A DNA stretch of 56,901 nucleotides, the filler included, from Sphacelaria rigidula (taxonomy: Eukaryota), in assembly GCA_964200075.2 (NCBI GenBank). It is 6 parts of 6 records of this genome, joined end to end, with 100 filler letters (N's around TTAATTAATTAA, not from the genome) between each part and the next. Parts side by side here need not be neighbours in the genome. Positions count along the whole stretch, not along the records: positions 47,503 to 56,901 come from CAXNAA020008590.1; 5 more parts are not named here. The stretch is one strand, 5' to 3'. The position numbers and the translations under genes were made by a program. This document shows positions 50,081 through 56,901 of the stretch, in pieces. The first letter of the stretch is position 1; every line of letters begins with the position of its first letter. The notes under the pieces were generated by a model that had not been told where the DNA came from, did no database searches, and saw nothing but the letters and a program-made list of their open reading frames with translations.

Positions 50081-50321
50081 CGGGCCCTGCAGAATAGATT
50101 CAGGTGAAAAAGCCGTGTAGGGGGCGGTAGATACCAAAATGGTGCGGATATAAATCTAACAGCTCATGACCCAGGGGTGCTATTCAGGGCGGGTTGCTAT
50201 TTCATGTACCAGTGATACTCATCGTCTCCCATGCGTTCAGTTACACGCACATACGTCGTTTCGTATCTTTCGTGCACCCCTCCACTCTCCCCTTCCTCTC
50301 TTGGGAGTAGGAACGGTGGTC

Positions 50322-50655
50322 TGTCTTGAAAGAGATGCGTGATAAACGGCCTAATGACCAAGGCAACAAATGACAACCTTGCCCCTCCCTCCAGGTCCCC
50401 CCCCACCTGCGACTGCTCCGTCTCGAAAGGGATGCGTGGTCAATGGTCAAATGACTAAGGCAAGCAACAAATGAGTACGCCCCCACCTGCGACTCGCCGA
50501 ACACACCACGGCGCTTCGCACTTGGTGATGAATGGCGAGCCTTTTCCGGCAAAAGCCCCGCGTGCTCCATCTCGCTTTTGCAGGGATGCAAAGCCAACGG
50601 TTGAATGACTATGTCATGCAAAATCATGAGTGTACCCCCCCCCTCCCCACCCCCC
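50322..50655 (+). mobile_element. Cluster of three C-run-anchored elements; central 65-bp copy (50415-50479) has a 15-bp direct repeat
   Basis: cccccacctgcgact at 50400-50414 and 50480-50494; degenerate copy at 50322-50377; long variant at ~50535-50640. Confidence 0.75.
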
Positions 50656-50724
50656 ATCCGCCGTTCGCCGTTCGCCGTGTACATACCATGTTCCACTTTG
50701 TTTTTCCACACCTGCGCCATGAAG

Positions 50725-50913
50725 ATCCGTCGCCGACGACGAAAGTTCCGTGCTCAGTGGAAGGTCCGGATTTGGCGGAGGCAGGATATCTCTCAAAATC
50801 CCCGGGGGAACAACGGGGGGCAGCAGGGGAGGGGCGGGAGCGACGGGCGGGTCGTACCAGCACATGTGGCCGAGGGATTATATTCAAGACTTGCAGCAGA
50901 ATCTGGCGCTAAG
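50725..50913 (+). CDS. Candidate host exon (SVADDESSVLSGRSG...YQHMWPRDYIQDLQQNLAL)
   Basis: AAG acceptor after a pyrimidine tract, open frame, AAG|GTGTGG donor; joins exon 49690-49764 in frame (GG+A = Gly). Confidence 0.5.
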
Positions 50914-51368
50914 GTGTGGCTGTGTCACTTTTTGTGTGCGTGTGCGTGCGGGCGTGCGTATTATTGTAATTGTTCTTGTTGTTTCTCACATTAGCCGTTT
51001 TTCAAAAATCTAGCACCCGTGGTCACAAAGCTGTTGCGCAAGAAGACATAATATAAAGAACAAAAAGGGTCTTGTACCTCCATCAATATGAAAATACGGC
51101 GCCCCGCAGGACGGGGTCCTACTCCAAAACAAACACTTGAGCGCAAAAGTAAAACGTGCGCAGATATATATATATATATATATTATATGTATGTACATGT
51201 ATCATTTCAAATTTTTCACCACTTTCGCCGAGGTTTCTCCGGCGGCAAGGCATGTTTTCTCACGCTTTCTTTTGCAGCGCACTGAGGAGGCTTAGCGGTA
51301 CAATAACGTTCAGATTGGGCGTCATCTGATATCTGTGGCGCGTGTTCTGGCCACCGAAAGTCGCTTAA

Positions 51369-51466
51369 CCCTTAGACAGCGAGAGTAGATCATCTGCTGA
51401 ATCGGCATCAATTTCACTTGAAAAAATTATGCATGATCCAGATAGACTACCCTCGCGGTGTAAGGG
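51369..51466. mobile_element. 98-bp piggyBac-type MITE
   Basis: TTAA|CCCTTAGACAGCGAGAGTAG...CTACCCTCGCGGTGTAAGGG|TTAA (17/20 TIR match). Confidence 0.85.
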
Positions 51467-51761
51467 TTAAACTCGCCAATTTCCGTGGGGTGTCGATGTC
51501 GAACCACAAAAGCCTGTTGAATATCATGGAAAACTTGAAATAAGGTTACTTTTGGCGGGGTATTTTCTCCCCGTGTTTCTCTTTGTCGCGTTCTCGTTCA
51601 TTTGAGAGCACAAAGACATCGGTTATGCCACCAATGTCACGAGAACATGAGAGCAAAGCAGTTGAAAACAATTGAGCATTACCTTGGCCTTAGTGAGCAA
51701 CGAATACAAGACCGTGCAATGGGCCGTTGGCGAGTTGAACAAGGCACAGCAGCACGACAGC

Positions 51762-52207
51762 AAACAGCCGATCATCGAAATTGATGATGGAGCTTTTCAT
51801 TGAGGATGACAACCCTGAGGATTAAAGTCTTTGTATCCACACCAAATATTCGAAAGATGCTTCCATTCCACCACCTACTGGTAGCTATTTACACGTAGTA
51901 TACGCCACACAAATTTGAATTTTGATAACCGAAATGTTGGGGTCCTAGGTGGAAAACCAATTTCGGCGAATTTCGGCGATCCAATCGGATCAACTAAATT
52001 CCCCACAATTTTTTCTTCATCTAGGACCCCAACATTTCGGTTATTGAAATCCAAATTTGTTTGGCGTGTAGCAGTTGTCAATAGCTACCAGTTGGTAGAG
52101 GAATGGAAGCATATTTCGAAGATGTGGTGTGGATACAAAGATTTTAATCCTCAGGGTTCTCATCCTCAATGAAACGCTTCACCCTCAATTTGGATGATCG
52201 GTTGTTG
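51762..52207. mobile_element. ~446-bp palindromic MITE, relative of 13830-14267
   Basis: ~200-bp arms (accgaaatgttggggtcctag / ctaggaccccaacatttcggt); a TA TSD is not evident here. Confidence 0.8.
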
Positions 52208-52644
52208 GCACAGGAATGTTTGCCGCAAAAAACAATCACCCTGTTTTGAAAGAAGGCCCGCTGATGTGGAAGTCACAGTGATATTCAAAGAACATGCCAA
52301 GAATGTTCCACGCATTACAATTTTTCGGGAAGTCCCTTCGCTGTGACGTCTTTTTTTGGCACGAGAGCTACTTCGCACTCTGGCACCTGGGGTGTACCAC
52401 ACATGTCCTACGCCGGCGGTTCCGCCGTCGGCCTCCGTCCGAATTCGCATATTTCCGAACGATATCCGGTGACACATGCGATGTTTTGTACAGCCACGAT
52501 CACTACTGTACATAGAGATACAACAGTAGCCTCTCTTCATCATATCTTTTCGACATGCGTCACCCCCGGGAGACCCGTACCAACCTGCCGAAGGGGAACC
52601 TTGTAATATATATTATTCACGTATGATTTGAAAAAACATCATAA

Positions 52645-52901
52645 CTGATAGATTGATTGTCGCACTTCAAGTGAACCCCCGGCGATCCAGCCGTGGTCGC
52701 ATGAAAGACGTACCCGAAAGACAAGACAAAACCGAAATAGTGACTGAAGAAAAAAAGGAACAGAAAAGGTCGAACACAACGAACGACATGGCAGACTACG
52801 ATGTAAAAAAAGAAGAGATGAATGAATTTAAAGTCAAGAATCACATAAGAACAAATCGTCGTTTACATGGTATATGTGCGTTTGTTGTAATTGCTCGTTA
52901 A

Positions 52902-52937
<36 letters not shown>

Positions 52938-53110
52938 TGCAAAATGCAGTGCTGTTTTTTTATTGATTACCGCACTCCAACTGATTCCCCAGCAGTCATC
53001 ATCCAGTCGTGGTCATTATCCATGTGACGGGTGTACACGAGGTAAAGAACAAAATGGAAGCACCCGCTGAAGAAAAGCGAAAAAAAAAAATGTAGAGCGA
53101 GACAAAGGGA
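52645..53110 (-). mobile_element. Two truncated (CAAT)-tailed LINE 3' ends (from ~52645 and ~52962)
   Basis: ttgattgtcgcacttcaagtgaacccc...cagccgtggtc and ttgattaccgcactccaactga...ccagtcgtggtcat, each followed by A-rich sequence; (TG)n between them. Confidence 0.6.
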
Positions 53111-53692
53111 GTGGAGAAAGAAAAGAAGAGAAGAGAACAAGAAAAAAGTAAGAAGAAAATATCGACGAAAAACGAAGAGTTTCTATTTGGCCTTTTTTGT
53201 TTTTGTTTTCGTTCTTCGGTGGCAGCAAGAAAAAACATGGTCTTATTTTCAAGCATTGGTGGACAAGCAGCTTGAAAAAAAACAATGTTCAATTTAGTTT
53301 GGACTACTACATTATATATATTGTGTTTGTAGTATTCAATCATCTTGTGGGTCATTAGACTGAATGGTTATATTCTCTTCTACTTTTTTTTTCCCGTGCT
53401 TTTCGTGTGATGTTTCAGGACATTGCTGCTGTCAGCAAAACCTCAGGTTCAAATCCCAGAAGGGTTCAACATGTATATATGTTTTGTTCATCTCTCTTCC
53501 TGTTTTAGGCTCTAGTGTTACAGGACGTTTTGAACGTTGTTCCGCCGGAAAAGGTGCAGGACTATTTACTACAAACTCTGTGAATATTCCTTCTTCTTTT
53601 TTTCCTTGGTCCCAACTTTTATTACTCTCTGTGAAGTAGGTATGCCATTTCCCTACTTTTCTTAGATTGGCTACTTGATTTGAGTACTCTTA

Positions 53693-53882
53693 CGCCCTGT
53701 CTTGGCACGTTAGTGTTCGATCGAAATTCTGTGGTGGAAAACAAAAATCCCGATCTGATGGGTCGTGATTTCAAGCATCTTCACATTTTTCGACGATGGT
53801 TAAAATTACGACCTATCAGATCAGGATGTTTTGTTTTCCACCGCACAATTTCGATCGAACACTAACATGCTAAGACAGGGCC
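53693..53882. mobile_element. 190-bp palindromic PIF/Harbinger (Tourist-like) MITE
   Basis: TTA|(c)GCCCTGTCTT...AAGACAGGGCC|TTA; ~85-bp arms. Confidence 0.85.
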
Positions 53883-53924
53883 TTACTCTGCAGCAACTGC
53901 GGAAACTGCAGCGGTGATCAATTG

Positions 53925-54197
53925 GATGATTGATCGAGTAAATGAATGGTTGATTGTCGCGCTTTTTTTTTACTTGAAGGAAGGAGGAAACCTCGCTCAA
54001 GATTTACCCTGCGAAGGGGTTCGTGTTCCGATTATCCGAAGGCTCGGCTAGACCACCGCGCGGCAGTCATACGGGGTTCGGGTAGGCGCCTCGAGCGTTT
54101 GGAAAGTTTGCTGCAGTGTGGGGGGCAAACTCACTAGAATTCCCCGTCAACTTGGCGCAGCGCACGCGCCGCCTTACTCTACTGAGCTTGGATCCTA
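53925..54197 (-). mobile_element. tRNA-headed SINE-like element with ...gcgacaatcaa tail
   Basis: Homologous to 15498-15758; minus strand starts ggatccAAGCTCAGTAGag and ends in the (CAAT)-type LINE terminus. Confidence 0.6.
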
Positions 54198-54234
54198 CTT
54201 TTATTGTCGTGCATGAACGAATCCCGCTACGAAG

Positions 54235-54372
54235 CACACCCTGGATAATAAAAAAAACAGTCAAAAAGCGTACTGCGTACAGTGTCGACTATTGCACCTA
54301 TTACAACAGACAATAGATTGCATACTGTACGCAATACGTTTTTCGACAATATAATCTATTGTCCAGGGTGTG
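54235..54372. mobile_element. 138-bp hAT-like MITE
   Basis: CACACCCTGGA...TCCAGGGTGTG; TSD ctacgaag / ctacgaat (7/8). Confidence 0.85.
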
Positions 54373-54447
54373 CTACGAATACAGGTGGTCACACAATGAG
54401 CGCACCTACAGGCTGGTTCAGGCATATCACCCAAAAAACACTCATCG

Positions 54448-55210
54448 GCAAAACCTCATGCCGCTTTAAGGAGTTAGACCCTGAAGTTTTGCACAGATGT
54501 TCTTTGGGGCATTACGCAACTTTCGAAGGTCGAGGTTTTTCGGCTTTTCGACTTTTTTCACCGTTTTTCGGGGATCCCACTTTTTTCCGGGAAACATCGA
54601 TCCAATCGGACCCCCGTAAAACGGTAAAGAAGTAAAAACTCGAAAAATCTCGTTCATCCAAAGTTGTGTAATGACCCATAGCACAGCTGTGCAAAGTTTC
54701 AGGGTCTAACTCCTTAAAACGGCGTGAGGTTTTGCGCTTTCGTGCGATGAACTTGAACGTGCCGCGGTGAAACCGCAAACTACTTGATTATAGTATGAAA
54801 ACGGCGTTTTTGAGCCTTCTTTGACGTGAACATAAAAATTTAAGCATCAGATGATCGAGTTTTGCGACAAAAGTTTGTGGGACCTTTCCTTTGGTTATGC
54901 GGGGACAGCTCGCTCACGAAATAAGTATCGTCGTGCCGATTTTCCCGGGTCCCAGAATGGAGACTACTTCGAAAAATGACTTGGACCCCCGTCGGACCCC
55001 CGGAAAACGATGAAAACGCGAGCACGTAAAAAAACATGATCCGTAGAAAGTTGCGTAATGGTACATAACAAATTTTCGCAAAGTTTCAGGACCTAACTCC
55101 CAATAACGGCGTGAAGGTTTGCGCGTTTGTCGAGGACGTGGGCTTGAAACGTGCAACTCCTAACTGCTTGGTATTAGTATGAAAACGTCTTTGGAGGTGA
55201 ACTTTACGTC
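54448..55210. repeat. Composite inverted plus direct repeat
   Basis: 54448-54735 is a foldback (aaggagttagaccctgaa / ttcagggtctaactcctt); ~54606-54830 recurs directly at ~54992-55210. Confidence 0.7.
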
Positions 55211-55886
55211 AAGGCAAGAAAACTGTATGGGATTTTCGAGTGTCTGCACCAACTTTGTTCATGTGTTCCTTGGACTACTGTATCCCAGGACGCATCATCT
55301 TATTATTTTTCTTTTAGGAAATTCTGTACCGCCTTCCGGGGGTCTTCATACTGGGACACTCGGAAGCCGGTAGAGAATGGAGAAACCATGAAATATTGTC
55401 AAGAACGCAATTTTTCCATTTGGAGCATCAATACCTACGAATCTGCCAAGTTTGAGGGCGATCTGAGCTTTTCTACAACAGATATAGGGAACACCGTTAC
55501 AAGGCTCCCTCGGTCTCTCGTGCGTATCATCATTAGAGGAAATTAGACTTCGCCAACACCCGACATCACCGAAACATCACGGTTTCGGGTATAATTCGAC
55601 CCCGTAGTCACCGTTTTCAAATATGTTCTTTTTGTTAGATTCCCGAGCCGATGACGGTTACTACGATTTGAAGCATGTGGAGATTGGGTGGAAATTTGGC
55701 TTGGAATTCGTGATTTCGGTCTCGGAACAATTTGATGGGCGCTGATTGTCGACATAACTTTTTGCCCTCCGCGCTACCACGATGTCTTTACTCTCAAATC
55801 CGGCTATGTCACGCTCTTCAGCTGTCCATGGTGGTCAGTATGATATCATGTATGCGACTTTTGGGTAGGTATTGCGAAAGGCATTT

Positions 55887-56179
55887 GCTGATGACACAAT
55901 TTCGCACACGTCGGACAGCTCATGAGCTACCGAAAATAACAAATCGAAGGGGACTCTCAGATTGCTCCTCCAAAAACACAAATTACGTGACAGCAGGGCC
56001 CGAGAAGCCAAAGCGCTACCTTTGCGCTTCTCCGCGTGCTCGGTGTCCAGCGCTGTAGGGAGAAAATATGGAAAAAGCGATCACATGAGCTAGCTCGTGA
56101 TCCGGATCAGTACACTAATAAGAAGTAATATTTAGGTAGCTCACGAGCTGTCCGACGTGTGCAATTTTGGGTGATGAGC
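55887..56179. mobile_element. ~290-bp element with ~50-bp inverted repeats
   Basis: gcacacgtcggacagctcatgagctacc (55904-55931) is inverted at 56135-56162; no TSD seen. Confidence 0.6.
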
Positions 56180-56420
56180 CTGAACTAGCCTGTAGGGCAA
56201 CAAGGAAATGGCCGAGTGTAGTTGATCCACATGGATTCATTTGATAGCCTGATCGTGCCCACTATTGCCCCTCCCTACGGGATGTGCGGGAGTCTCGAGG
56301 TAACTCCGCGGGGCAGTCGGTATATCTCCGTTTGTTTTAGCTACTACATCAGATCATTTTGATTCCTCTGACTCGTGGCTTGACCCTTTGTAGATATCTC
56401 AAACCAGCGTATATCCTTAC

Positions 56421-56564
56421 CATACCCTGGACAATGGGATGCACAGTCCAAAAGTGTACTGCGTACAGTATCGAATATTGCGCCCATGGCAACAGACAAA
56501 CGATTCCCTACTGCACGAAGCACATTTATTGACAATATAATCTATCGTCATCATCCAGGGTGTG
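56421..56564. mobile_element. 144-bp hAT-like MITE (CACACCCTGG family)
   Basis: CATACCCTGGA...TCCAGGGTGTG; TSD atccttac / atcctcac (7/8). Confidence 0.85.
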
Positions 56565-56901
56565 ATCCTCACTCCGGGTTGACAAGGACACTCCTGTCGC
56601 TGGAATCAACTTCCCTTTGGAGGGTGTCTTGCTGCGTCCGACTGCTTCCACGTGCTTTTGTTATTATTTTTTCACAAGCTGGGCCAGCCAAGAGTAGGTG
56701 TGAATCTCGCTTAGGCGACGCACGGCGCGATAGTAGGAGTTGGGCGCTGAAATTTTGACTGCAGCTTCTTAATGATCGAAATGCAGAAGAACACGTGACC
56801 AGCAAGGAAAAAAAAAAAGGAAAAAAAAGTTATGGGCATTTGAAATTTCAGCAAAAACAAGATGATGTCATGAGTCCAGAAAAAAAAAAAAACAGCTGCT
56901 C

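Noticed and set aside
52309-52319. cacgcattaca, matching the telomeric MITE terminus
   Set aside because: Only 11 bp with no further homology or partner end.

Overview
Repeat-dense eukaryotic nuclear DNA, probably a brown alga or other stramenopile; this is inferred from long introns, the Ty3 lineages and TTAGGG repeats, and is not proven. The window is not one locus. Five artificial N/TTAATTAATTAA/N spacers separate six contigs of nearly identical, non-increasing length (about 9402 down to 9399 bp), so adjacency across spacers has no biological meaning. Contents: one decayed RTE-type LINE (APE+RT, ~21.0-24.8 kb); three decayed Ty3/Gypsy elements (29.1-37.9, 38.0-43.4, 43.4-47.4 kb); tRNA-headed SINE-like repeats; many MITEs and foldbacks with hAT-, PIF/Harbinger-, piggyBac- and mariner-type target-site duplications (TSDs); and four plausible host exons. 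No intact gene, rRNA, functional tRNA or CRISPR array was found. The most unusual signals are (1) a 211-bp TGT...ACA inverted-repeat element carrying telomeric TTAGGG repeats, present three times and always inside the same Gypsy copy; (2) a ~65-bp repeat anchored on C-runs with 15-18-bp direct repeats that begin in the C-run, suggesting poly(C)-primed retroposition; and (3) a 1.9-kb foldback with two MITEs nested in one arm.
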